Assembly (NCBI GenBank): GCA_963663545.1
Contig: OY760505.1
Coordinates: 2,304,001 to 2,368,000 of the forward strand
Direction: 5' to 3'
DNA length: 64,000 nucleotides
DNA from: Candidatus Delongbacteria bacterium
GTDB taxonomy: Bacteria > CAIWAD01
Below are positions 25,752 through 35,328 of the stretch, one piece after another. The notes beneath the pieces are model-generated. The model made no database searches. It saw only the letters and a program-made list of their open reading frames with translations, and had not been told where the DNA came from. Each line of letters begins with the position of its first letter. The first letter of the stretch is position 1. A program made the translations under genes and the position numbers.

Positions 25752-28568
25752 TTAGTTTGCAGCGATAACCCTGAATTGCCACACGCCCTCGGTAATCGCT
25801 GAAGTCCATGAAGGCTCGGTTACTGTGGCTACGTTCGTCCATGTACCTTGCGAATCACAACGTTGAACATGGTAGCGCGCAGCCGCTGGAACAGCTGTCC
25901 AATTCAGTATGAATTGACCCCGCGCCGTCTGCGTGATACGCAGGTCGCTTACAGCGTGCAGACTAATGGGTGACTCCAGCAAACCTGTTGTGAACAAAAC
26001 GCAATCGCCCGATGCAGGCAGAGGATTGGTTTCTGGTTCCAGTGTGGGATTACCCACGTACCAAGTAAGGCCGTCGGTTCCCAAAGGACTCTCAATGCCG
26101 ATGGCCGCATAGGTAGTGTTGGAAACAGTCTGGTGTTGCATCAGAATGCTGCCGTCACCTGTAATAGAAGCGTGCTCGGTTGGATCGTACAGGATCACCT
26201 GGAAGGTCTCAAATGCGGTGACGGGCAGGTACTGGCGGATGTTGTTGTACTCAATGATGAAGCGTCCGCCACTTTCATCGTACCATGTGCTGATGTGACC
26301 GCTCTCTTCCACCTCGCAGGTCAGGTCTTCCCAGAAGGGGGCGATCATGGCCGACGGGCCTTCACTGGGGTCGCCAAAGCCATGGCCCACGCGAGTCGTT
26401 TCGCTTGTCTCACCAAGCGCAACCCAGCCGTTTGTACAAATGGAAATGCGATCGAAGACTTCGCCGTAATACACGAACTCAAAGGGCAGATCCATCTGAA
26501 GTGTCTGATTGCGCAGCGTGAAGGGCAGTGCCTCTCCCGGGCCAGCGGCAGCTGGATCAATCGTAGTCCAGTCGTAGGCGGCGCGATTGTGTGACTGAAG
26601 ATTCAACGCCAGTCCTTCTTCAACCATGTTGACAATAGCCATTGCCGTTTTTGTGTCCTCGGGGCCATAAGCGAAGTAGCCGTATTCATCAGGGCCGGCC
26701 GGTGATTGTATCACCTCGCTCACTGGCCCCTCGGCGACGACCAGCCAGGGTGTTCCCACGGGAAGCGCCATTTCGTAGTATCCATTAGCATCTGCTTCAA
26801 CTGGATCGAAAGGCGTGTCCAGTGCTTTTACCGCAGCGCCCGGCATCGCCTCACCGTAAGCGTCAAGAGCGTAGCCGTGTAACACGCCACTTGGAGCTAG
26901 CTGGAGGGTAATTGCAATTGTTGTGGTGCTGTCGTTGCCCACTGCTATTTCCACCGTCTGCGGCAGATAACCCAGCCGCGAGAAACTGAACTCGTGTTCA
27001 CCGGCGGGAAGCATGAAAGAGAAATCTCCGAACTCGCCCGTCGTTGCGTAGGGAATCCCCTCGCTATGCTCAACGTACACTCCGCTCAGGGGTGCATTCG
27101 TGTCTGCATCGCGTACCGATCCTATCACGGTGCCGTAACCGCTCATGGCCGACAGCACCGCTTCGTAGGCATTGACAATGCCGTGGCCATAGGTGTTGTC
27201 ATCGCCGGGTGTGCCCAGATCCGACGCTGTATCCATCAGGATCTGCTTGATTGTGATTACGTCCAGATTGGGATTCGCACTGCGCATCAAGCCCACAACA
27301 CCGGCCACGTGCGGGCCCGCCATTGAGGTCCCGTCCATAGTTGTATACCCACCACCCGGGTAGGAGCTGTAGATGTTGCTTCCCGGCGCCATGACTTCCG
27401 GCTTGATCGAATACGTGCCACAAGCATCGGGCGCTGGACCGCGGCTGGAGAAATCACTCACGTAGTAGGGACTTGAGTACGAGGTTGAACCCACACTGAA
27501 GCAGTTGTACTCAGTAGTAGCACGATTTCCCGGGCTGCGCAGAGTCTGTGAACTTGGGCCCTCATTGCCAGCAGACCATGTGACACAAACACCGGCCGCT
27601 TCGCAGTTATCGATCGCGTTCCACCAGCGGGAGTCACACGCCGAATAGCCCATTGAGGTCGTCACGCCCCATGAGTTTTGTATCACATCAGGAACGTCTT
27701 CTATCGTCTCGGGAAAACCGTCCGGGTCGGTGAACCATTCGTAGGCGGTCAGGACATCGGTGTCGAAACCGCTGCTGACGCCTTGATCAATGGCGTTGCA
27801 GGCAATCCACTGTGCACCTGGGCAGACACCGATGGAGTCATTGGGTGCCTGGCCAGTAATGGTTCCCATCACGTGAGTTCCGTGGCCGCCGTTGTCAACG
27901 GGAAAAGTGGTGCCGCCACCAAGCACGTCCTTCCAACACTGAGCAGCCGGGGCACTAAGACCACGCCAGCGTGATGCAAGCGCCGGGTGATCGCCGTCCA
28001 CACCAGTATCCAGGTTGGCTACAAGCGCTCCGTTTCCCCAAATGCCGAGCTCGTACCACACGCGTTCTGCTTCTATGGCATCAATGCCGGGAGCCAGCCC
28101 GATCTCTCTCGTTCCTGTATCACGCTGTGCAACGGGCTCTATCAGTTCCGGCACTAGATTGGGCTCGATTATGTCTACCTGGTCCAGCTCAGCTAGAGCC
28201 GACAGGTGATACACGCGCGTTTTCAGCACAATCGAATTAAGCAGCCAGTGCGGTGTCACATCGCTGATCTGCCCTTGCTTTTCAGCCTGTGCCAGCGTTT
28301 CCAGCAGTGCGGGCTGCGTTTCCGCGGCGAGTGCCTGCAAGCGTTCGACGACAACGCGATGGCGTTCGGCCAGCGGAGCTTTTTTGTAATGCAGCTCCCA
28401 ATCGAGCGATTGTGTATCTACCTGATCCTTCAGGACGATCAGCACTTTTACCCAGTCCTGATCCTTCATACCTACAATCTGCTGCTCAAGGCTGGAGTGC
28501 AGGCTGCCGGCCAGCAACGTTCCAGCCAGACCCACCACCAGGGCTGGCGCAAGAAATCGTTTGTGCAT
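25752..28568 (-). CDS. Secreted S8 serine peptidase (bacillopeptidase F-like) with carboxypeptidase-regulatory-like and C-terminal Fn3-like domains
   Basis: LDTGVD, GHGTHVMGT, SAGNEG, GTSMAGPHVAG; signal peptide from MHKRF. Confidence 0.92.
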   Translation of the reverse strand: MHKRFLAPALVVGLAGTLLAGSLHSSLEQQIVGMKDQDWVKVLIVLKDQVDTQSLDWELHYKKAPLAERHRVVVERLQALAAETQPALLETLAQAEKQGQISDVTPHWLLNSIVLKTRVYHLSALAELDQVDIIEPNLVPELIEPVAQRDTGTREIGLAPGIDAIEAERVWYELGIWGNGALVANLDTGVDGDHPALASRWRGLSAPAAQCWKDVLGGGTTFPVDNGGHGTHVMGTITGQAPNDSIGVCPGAQWIACNAIDQGVSSGFDTDVLTAYEWFTDPDGFPETIEDVPDVIQNSWGVTTSMGYSACDSRWWNAIDNCEAAGVCVTWSAGNEGPSSQTLRSPGNRATTEYNCFSVGSTSYSSPYYVSDFSSRGPAPDACGTYSIKPEVMAPGSNIYSSYPGGGYTTMDGTSMAGPHVAGVVGLMRSANPNLDVITIKQILMDTASDLGTPGDDNTYGHGIVNAYEAVLSAMSGYGTVIGSVRDADTNAPLSGVYVEHSEGIPYATTGEFGDFSFMLPAGEHEFSFSRLGYLPQTVEIAVGNDSTTTIAITLQLAPSGVLHGYALDAYGEAMPGAAVKALDTPFDPVEADANGYYEMALPVGTPWLVVAEGPVSEVIQSPAGPDEYGYFAYGPEDTKTAMAIVNMVEEGLALNLQSHNRAAYDWTTIDPAAAGPGEALPFTLRNQTLQMDLPFEFVYYGEVFDRISICTNGWVALGETSETTRVGHGFGDPSEGPSAMIAPFWEDLTCEVEESGHISTWYDESGGRFIIEYNNIRQYLPVTAFETFQVILYDPTEHASITGDGSILMQHQTVSNTTYAAIGIESPLGTDGLTWYVGNPTLEPETNPLPASGDCVLFTTGLLESPISLHAVSDLRITQTARGQFILNWTAVPAAARYHVQRCDSQGTWTNVATVTEPSWTSAITEGVWQFRVIAAN

Positions 28569-28796
28569 GGTACCCTCAACTCTCTCCGACACGCCCGCAT
28601 GCGGCACGTGGCAGAACTACTAATGATGCACCGCACGAATGCTTGCGGCGCGAAGTCCTTGCATAGTAGCATGTTCAAAGCACGCTTCACAGAAGAAGAG
28701 TTGCATTTGGCAAAGCTGGCGCAAAGGGCTTCCGGCAATACTCACTGCAGTTTGCACTCCCCCGCTGCTTTGTCACCTTAGTCCATGGGAGGCGCC

Positions 28797-29261
28797 ATGC
28801 ATCTGGTTTTTGTCTGTAGCGGCAACATTTGTCGCAGTCCGGCCGCGGAGGCTTTGTTTCTACTGCATGCGGCCAAGCTGGCTGTACCACATACAGCGAC
28901 GTCCTGCGGCACACTGCGAATTTCCGGCGAGCCGGCCGCGCCCTTTACGATTCGTGCGCTTTCTGAGCGCGGCGTGGATCTCCGCGCTCACCGCAGTCGC
29001 GCCATGAGCTATTTTCTGTTGCGCGAGGCCGATCTGATCCTCTGTATGGAGCCACATCATCGCGACGCGGTGCTGGCGGAGTTGGGCGGCGACTTGGACC
29101 TCGTGCAGTTCGGTGTGCGAGTTATGACTGAATTTCATCTACGTGACGAATTTCGCAATGATGCCGGCATCTACGATTTTGTTCAAGCGGAATGGCCCGA
29201 ATACTCTGCCGGAATTGACGAACTGGAACTCTGCATCAAGGGGCTGTTAGCTCTCTTGTAG
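28797..29261 (+). CDS. Low-molecular-weight protein tyrosine/arginine phosphatase
   Basis: P-loop VCSGNICRSP; GGAGG SD. Confidence 0.88.
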   Translation: MHLVFVCSGNICRSPAAEALFLLHAAKLAVPHTATSCGTLRISGEPAAPFTIRALSERGVDLRAHRSRAMSYFLLREADLILCMEPHHRDAVLAELGGDLDLVQFGVRVMTEFHLRDEFRNDAGIYDFVQAEWPEYSAGIDELELCIKGLLALL

Positions 29262-29336
29262 TACTGAATTAGCCTGGCTCAGTGGCCGATACTGCCAAAC
29301 GGTCCATCAGTAGTACCACGCAACCGGGCAGTTTGT

Positions 29337-30548
29337 ATGATTCTGATTCCTGACATGGCCCACGCCGATCCTGCATCCACCAATTCGCTGCGTGCTGCCT
29401 GCTGCGACCGCTTCGACGTTAAGCTGATCGAGATGGTCTTGCAGGCCAAGTTGGAATGGCAGCAGGTCATTGACGCCCTTCCTTATCCAATGGTGCTGAG
29501 CGATCCCGAGGGGAACATCATCCGCGGTAATCTGGCGACGGTGTCCGGAAACATGGACCAGGTTCGCTTGCTACCCGGCAAACGGGTCGCCGCTCCGGTA
29601 GCTCAATTGGCAGAAGAGGTCATTGCGAGTGGAGTGATGGAGCGTCGCCATTTGCGGGCCTGCAATATCCTGCAGGATACCGATCTGGACACGCCGCGTT
29701 ACGAAGCCGCCGAGCTGGTGAGCTGGCCCATTCAGGACGAAAGTGGTAAGGTCGAACGCTTGGCGCACTATCTCGTAGATCAAACAGCGCTTTACCGCCT
29801 TGAACAGCAGCTTATCGAGCGCAACCGCATGGCTGCCATCGGGCTGCTTGCATCGGGAATTGCCCACAATGTCAACGGACCCCTGCAGGGCATGATTGCC
29901 CAATTGCAGTTGCTAGAACTGCGCATGGAGGAAGAGGGCGATCCTGATGAGCGTGTTGTGGCGCTGGGCGGAGACGACTTGGACAGCTTGCAGGAGCTGA
30001 CCAATCGCATGCGCGGCATTCTGCACAGCCTCATGCTGAAGTTGCGAAATGAGCATAACAGCGAACCGATGCCCGTCAATCTGAACCAGCTGATGGAGAC
30101 CGAGCTCGAGGTGCTGAATGCCAACATGGTATTCAAGCATCAGGTTGAACGACATCTAGCGCTTGATCCGGCACTTGAACCCGTGATTGGCGTTTACGCG
30201 GATCTGTCTCAGGGTATAATGAACATTGTCTACAATGCGCTGGATGCCATGCACGACCGGGAACCGAAGATATTGACCATTCGCAGCGAACGTCTGGACG
30301 ATGGCCAAAACCTCTTGAGCATTCGCGACACGGGCTGCGGCATCCCGCCGGAGCTGCACCACCGCATTTTTCAGCCCTTCTTTACCACCAAGGCGGTCGT
30401 TGGACACGCTGGAGAAGGCAGTCCAACAGGCACAGGTTTGGGTATGAGCTCCGCGAGTCACTTGCTGGGCAAGTACGGAATTCGTGTCGAGTTCAGTAGC
30501 CAAGTCGATGTTGGCACGGAGTTTAGACTCTTTTGGCGGGGGGAATAA
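29337..30548 (+). CDS. PAS-like sensor histidine kinase
   Basis: H-box GIAHNVNGPL, NALDAM, DTGCGI, FFTTK, GTGLG. Confidence 0.9.
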   Translation: MILIPDMAHADPASTNSLRAACCDRFDVKLIEMVLQAKLEWQQVIDALPYPMVLSDPEGNIIRGNLATVSGNMDQVRLLPGKRVAAPVAQLAEEVIASGVMERRHLRACNILQDTDLDTPRYEAAELVSWPIQDESGKVERLAHYLVDQTALYRLEQQLIERNRMAAIGLLASGIAHNVNGPLQGMIAQLQLLELRMEEEGDPDERVVALGGDDLDSLQELTNRMRGILHSLMLKLRNEHNSEPMPVNLNQLMETELEVLNANMVFKHQVERHLALDPALEPVIGVYADLSQGIMNIVYNALDAMHDREPKILTIRSERLDDGQNLLSIRDTGCGIPPELHHRIFQPFFTTKAVVGHAGEGSPTGTGLGMSSASHLLGKYGIRVEFSSQVDVGTEFRLFWRGE

Positions 30549-30575
30549 TCAAAGTGGGTCAGTCGGCCAGGCGGT

Positions 30576-30752
30576 CTAGGCGCTTTGCTCGTTTGTCGAG
30601 GAGCTCGAGGGCCTGTTGTCCAGTGGCGGTCTCAGCGGTCCTTCACCGTGTCGTAACAAAGCTCTCAGCATATCCGCCTGCGTCGCATCTCCGCTAGCCT
30701 CTGCTGCGTGTATCAGGCGCTCCAACTCACGATCTCGCAATCCACCACTCAT
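30576..30752 (-). CDS. Small hypothetical protein (58 aa)
   Basis: MSGGLRDRELERLIHAAEASGD...; GAGGGT upstream; no family recognised. Confidence 0.4.
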   Translation of the reverse strand: MSGGLRDRELERLIHAAEASGDATQADMLRALLRHGEGPLRPPLDNRPSSSSTNEQSA

Positions 30753-30936
30753 GCTGTCAACACCCTCGTTTTTTTCTGGTGTGAAGTGGTAACAGTCCAT
30801 GGCAGAAAGATACTCTCCTTTGTTCACAATTCCATCAGAGCAATCACGAATCGTTACGTGAAGTGTTATGTATTCTCGCGTGATCGCCTGAGGTCCGGCT
30901 AAAGCGCCGGTTCTTCTGACAAGTCGCAGTATAAGC

Positions 30937-30974
30937 CGAAGCGCTTTCAGTTCGAACGCGAAGTGCTTTCAGTT
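30937..30974. repeat. 16-bp direct repeat, putative tandem operator
   Basis: cgaagcgctttcagtt (30937-30952) and cgaagtgctttcagtt (30959-30974); 22-bp period. Confidence 0.55.
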
Positions 30975-31106
30975 TGGCGCGTGCTGCTGTTTCCTTCGCC
31001 TCTTTGTCTGTTTCGGCCTTCCTAGTAGAAAACACAGCATCGTGCTACGCAAATGGTGTGAAATGAAGTGCCAGTCTGCCGATACTCCCCGGCTTTCCTT
31101 ACTCTT

Positions 31107-33488
31107 ATGCCCATGACTGAAAAGCAGCATAGCATGGTTGACGCCGACAGCCTCTCCGTTCTGGAAATGGACCGGCTGCTTGAGTGGGTTTCGCAGTATG
31201 CGGCCAGCGCTGAAGCCCAGCGGGCACTGCGTGCCAGTGAGTTTTCGTTGTCACGCGAGTGGATTGAGGCCGAGTTGCTCCTGGTGGGCGAGCTTCGCGA
31301 GATCCTGGAGCATCGCGAGGGTTTTGGCTTCTCGGCTTTGGCTGATGCGACGACGGCACTGCGTCATTTGCTTGAGGGCGGCGATTGGCTGAATGGACGT
31401 GAATTGAATGCCGTCGCGGCCTTTCTGGAGCTTTGCGCACGTATTCGTGAGTTTGCTGACCATGAATCGCAGGGCTTTCCCGCGCTCTTTGCAGCCGCGG
31501 AGGGCTTGGTGGCCCAGCCGGAGGAAGAGCGACGCATTCGACGACAAATTGGCGAAGACGGCGAACTGAAGGATAGCGCATCGCCCGAGTTGGCCCATCT
31601 TCGTCACAGCCTGGGGCGCGAGGAGAATCGCCTGCGTTCGGAGCTGGATCGCGTCGAGCAGAAATGGCGGCAGCAGGGCCTGTTGGGTGATACAGGGCTG
31701 TCCTGGCGAGACGGGCATCCAGTATTGCCGGTACCGGCGGGAAGTGCTGGGCGAGTGCAGGGGCTTGTGGTGGATCAGAGCCAGACCGGGCGCACCTTTT
31801 TTGTGGAGCCCATGGTGAGCCTGGAAATCCGCGGCAAAATAAACCGACTGCAGATTGAGCTGCATCAGGAAGAAGCGCGCTTGCTGCGTGAACTGAGTGA
31901 GGGGCTGCGTCAGCACGGCAAGGAGCTGAATCACGCACTTCGGTTGCTGATTCGCCTGGATTCGGTCTCGGCCAAAGCAGCCTGGGGGCGTGCGGTCAAT
32001 GCAATAACGCCGCGTGTATCACACGGGCTGGATGTTCGCATTGTGCGCGGTAGGCATCCTTTGCTGATGAAGCATCTGGATGTTGTTCCGCTCGATCTGC
32101 GCCTGGGCGGTGATACACGCGTGCTGTTGATCAGCGGACCCAACGCGGGTGGAAAGACAGTGGCGATGAAAACCGTCGGCTTGTTTGCCCTGATGCTGCG
32201 TGCGGGGCTGCCGCTTCCTTGTGATGCAGGTACACGACTGCCGGTCTTCGAGACCGTACTGACGGACATTGGCGATCAGCAATCCATTGAGAACGATCTG
32301 TCTACCTACAGCTCACACGTTGTGCGCATGAAGCGTATTGTATCACACATTCATCAGGAAGGCCTCTTTCTGGTGGACGAGTTGGGCAATGGCACCGATC
32401 CCGAAGAGGGAAGCGCGGTGGCGATGGCCTTTCTTGAGCGCATGTTGCAGGCGCGCGGCCTGACTATCGCCAGCTCGCACCTTGGCCAGTTGAAAGCCTT
32501 TGCGCACGACTGTGAGGGCATCGACAATGCCTCGATGAGTTTTGACGAAGAGCGTATCGAGCCCACGTTCCGACTGATCCAGGGCGTTCCCGGTGCGAGT
32601 TATGCGGTGGAAATTCTGCAGCGCATGGAGATGCCCAAGGTGATCATTGATCGTGCGCGCCACTATCTGGGCAGCGAGCAGAAGAATCTGGCTCGGCTGA
32701 TTGCGCGCATGCAGAGCACTTTGGCTGCTGCTGAAAAAAGTCGTCGTAACGTTGAAGCCCGAGAGATTGAAGTTGAATCGCTGACAAGTCAGTACCGCGA
32801 ACGTATGAAGCGCGTGAAACAAGAGGCGCGTGAGCTCAAGCGGCAGGCGGTACTTGAAGCCGGTGATATCGTTGCCGGTGCCAACAAGCTCGTGGAGCAG
32901 GCGGTTCGCGAGATACGCGAAGAGCAGGGCGCGCCAGTGACGGTGCAGTCGGTGCGTGGACGTATCACGGAAGAACGCGAGAAGCTGGAGCAGAGCTCGC
33001 GCAAGTTGAAACCGCGTGAGACAAAGCGCTTACCGATCGGCGAAATCAAGATTGGTGTACTGGTGCGTCTTAAGGACGTAGAGACTCCGGCGCGTGTCAC
33101 GGATATCGATCGGAATGGCCGCAAGCTACGCGTGGAAGCCGGTGTGCTTAAACTGACGGTGAACCGCGATCAGGTGGTCGAAATCGTTCCCGAGCAGCGC
33201 CAACGCCATATTCAAGGCGGCGTTGATGTGCAGATAGCCGATGCGCGCCTGCGACTGGATCTGCGCGGAATGCTGGGAGATGAGGCAATGGGTGCGGTTG
33301 ACCGCTATCTGGATGAGTGTCTGGTGGCAGGTCTGACCGAAGTGACTCTTCTTCACGGCAAGGGAACAGGCGCGTTGCGCAGTGTCGTGCGCGAGCATCT
33401 TGGCCGCTTCCATTTTGTTCGCGGATTTCGCGACGGGCACCCGGAAGAGGGCGGAGATGGTGTGACAATCGTTCGTTTGGATGTGTAA
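31107..33488 (+). CDS. mutS2: Endonuclease MutS2
   Basis: ISGPNAGGKT, DIGDQQSIENDLSTYSSH, DELGNGTDP, C-terminal Smr LDLRG...HGKGTG; start approximate. Confidence 0.95.
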   Translation: MPMTEKQHSMVDADSLSVLEMDRLLEWVSQYAASAEAQRALRASEFSLSREWIEAELLLVGELREILEHREGFGFSALADATTALRHLLEGGDWLNGRELNAVAAFLELCARIREFADHESQGFPALFAAAEGLVAQPEEERRIRRQIGEDGELKDSASPELAHLRHSLGREENRLRSELDRVEQKWRQQGLLGDTGLSWRDGHPVLPVPAGSAGRVQGLVVDQSQTGRTFFVEPMVSLEIRGKINRLQIELHQEEARLLRELSEGLRQHGKELNHALRLLIRLDSVSAKAAWGRAVNAITPRVSHGLDVRIVRGRHPLLMKHLDVVPLDLRLGGDTRVLLISGPNAGGKTVAMKTVGLFALMLRAGLPLPCDAGTRLPVFETVLTDIGDQQSIENDLSTYSSHVVRMKRIVSHIHQEGLFLVDELGNGTDPEEGSAVAMAFLERMLQARGLTIASSHLGQLKAFAHDCEGIDNASMSFDEERIEPTFRLIQGVPGASYAVEILQRMEMPKVIIDRARHYLGSEQKNLARLIARMQSTLAAAEKSRRNVEAREIEVESLTSQYRERMKRVKQEARELKRQAVLEAGDIVAGANKLVEQAVREIREEQGAPVTVQSVRGRITEEREKLEQSSRKLKPRETKRLPIGEIKIGVLVRLKDVETPARVTDIDRNGRKLRVEAGVLKLTVNRDQVVEIVPEQRQRHIQGGVDVQIADARLRLDLRGMLGDEAMGAVDRYLDECLVAGLTEVTLLHGKGTGALRSVVREHLGRFHFVRGFRDGHPEEGGDGVTIVRLDV

Positions 33489-35323
33489 TGGGACGCATAC
33501 CGGAAAGCGTGATACAGGACATTCTGTCCGCTGTGGATATCGTTGACCTGGTTAGCGAGTACTTAACGCTGAAGCGCGCCGGTGCCCATTTCAAGGGTCT
33601 GTGTCCCTTTCACCAGGAGAAAACGCCCTCGTTCACGGTGAATCCCGCGCTGAACATCTACAAGTGTTTTGGCTGTGGCAAAGGCGGCAATGCCATTGGC
33701 TTTGTCATGGAAGCCGAGGGCTTGAGCTTCCCTGAGGCCGCGCGTTTGCTGGCCGAGCGCGTGGGCGTTGTCGTTCCAGAAGAAGAGGACCCTGCTGCAA
33801 GCAAAGCGCGTCGTACTACAGAAGAATTGCTGCTGGCCATCAATCGCACGGCACAGGAGTGGTTTCGTGCCAACCTCAAACGTGAAGCACATCGCGATGG
33901 GGAATTGTCGGAGTATTTGCATCGTCGTGGTTTGGGTCACGACCTGATCGAGAGCTTTCAGCTTGGTTGGGTTCCCGCCGAATGGGATGGCCTATATCGC
34001 CACGCCGTATCACAAGGTTTCAGTGAGGAGCAGCTACTGAAATCAGGGCTTGTAACACGCGCCCGTAACGGGAATCCCATTGACCGCTATCGAGGTCGTC
34101 TGGTTTTTCCTATTCGCAATGTCAGCGGTACCCTTGTGGGCTTTGGCGGTCGTATTGTCGCTGGCGGTGATGCCGACACTCCCAAGTACATCAATAGCCC
34201 CGAGACGGAGTTGTATCACAAGGGTCGCAACCTGTACGGCTTGTTCGAGGGTAAGAACGAAGCCCGCAAATTTCGACGGTTGGTGTTGGTTGAAGGCTAC
34301 ATGGATCTGATTGCCTTGCACGCTGCAGGCATCGGCAACGTAGCTGCCAGTCTTGGAACCGCATTGACGCGGGAGCAGGCGCTGCTGATTCGTCGTTTCG
34401 CCGAGCGCGTAATCTTCCTCTACGACGGTGATGCTGCGGGTCAAAAGGCGATGGCGCGTGGAGCTCGCAACTTGCTAGCCGTTGGACTTGACCTTCGTGT
34501 AGCACGTCTTCCCGAAGGGCAGGACCCCGACGATTTGTTGCACAGCGAGGGCGCGGATGCGCTGGCGCAGGTGTTGGCCGAAGCACAGGATTACTTCCTC
34601 TTTCGTACACGCAACTACCGTGATACAGCCGATAAAGCATCACCCACTGCCTATCGTGATTTTGTAACGGAGCTGGCGGGAGCAGCCGCTGAAGTTGAGG
34701 ACCTGATTCTGCGCAATCAGCTACAGCAGCGGATCAGTCACGCCACAGGTATTCCACTGGATGAAGTCGCCCTGCTTGTGCGTGAGGAAAAGAAGCGCAG
34801 CGAACGTCAAGCAGATCATCATGAAGAAGGAAGCTCTCTGCCAAGTGCTCCCGCGCGCTTTGACACCGGATTTGGAACACGCGAGGCCCGTCGAGAAAAA
34901 GCCCTCTTTGAGCTTTTCATGCGCAATCCAGGCCAGCGCGAGCGAATTGCCGATGACCTTGATCTGGCCGCACTGCAGCATCCCGTGATACGCGAAGCCT
35001 TTGCGCAGGCCTTGCGTGTTCTCCTTGGCGATGATAGTTCCGTGGATAGTTGGGCGCACGCCTGCGAGAATCAACGTATTCGCGAGCTGGCCTTATCGGG
35101 GTTGGTTGAGGCCCCGCGACCCGGTGACGCCAGAGAGGTCGAAGATCTGCTGCTGCAGATGGAGCGTGAGCGACTGGACAAGCAGCTGCGTGAACTGCAG
35201 GCGCGTCAACGGGAGGCCACGCCCGACCAGCGCGTCTTGTTGAACGAGGAGTTCTCTGCGCTAACCATACAGCGCCGTCAAGTGCTCGAGAGCCTTGAAC
35301 GTAATCGTCATGCACAGGATTAA
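33488..35323 (+). CDS. dnaG: DNA primase
   Basis: CPFHQEKTPSF, CFGC, PKYINSPET, VEGYMD, YDGDAAG; TAATG overlap with mutS2. Confidence 0.97.
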   Translation: MGRIPESVIQDILSAVDIVDLVSEYLTLKRAGAHFKGLCPFHQEKTPSFTVNPALNIYKCFGCGKGGNAIGFVMEAEGLSFPEAARLLAERVGVVVPEEEDPAASKARRTTEELLLAINRTAQEWFRANLKREAHRDGELSEYLHRRGLGHDLIESFQLGWVPAEWDGLYRHAVSQGFSEEQLLKSGLVTRARNGNPIDRYRGRLVFPIRNVSGTLVGFGGRIVAGGDADTPKYINSPETELYHKGRNLYGLFEGKNEARKFRRLVLVEGYMDLIALHAAGIGNVAASLGTALTREQALLIRRFAERVIFLYDGDAAGQKAMARGARNLLAVGLDLRVARLPEGQDPDDLLHSEGADALAQVLAEAQDYFLFRTRNYRDTADKASPTAYRDFVTELAGAAAEVEDLILRNQLQQRISHATGIPLDEVALLVREEKKRSERQADHHEEGSSLPSAPARFDTGFGTREARREKALFELFMRNPGQRERIADDLDLAALQHPVIREAFAQALRVLLGDDSSVDSWAHACENQRIRELALSGLVEAPRPGDAREVEDLLLQMERERLDKQLRELQARQREATPDQRVLLNEEFSALTIQRRQVLESLERNRHAQD

Positions 35324-35328
35324 GGTGC

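Noticed and set aside
28707..28722. Second sigma54-like GG-N10-GC upstream of the phosphatase
   Set aside because: The -12 element lacks TTGC; likely chance in GC-rich DNA
30844..31035. 63-aa minus-strand ORF or a c-di-GMP riboswitch in the intergenic region
   Set aside because: No SD or family signal; the GEMM core motifs could not be matched
33317..33487. Upstream ORF-track extensions (dnaG from 33317; also 15903, 50637, 58581, 59599, 3378, 41247)
   Set aside because: They overlap neighbouring genes or intergenic DNA; downstream starts with SD or stop-start coupling fit the families better
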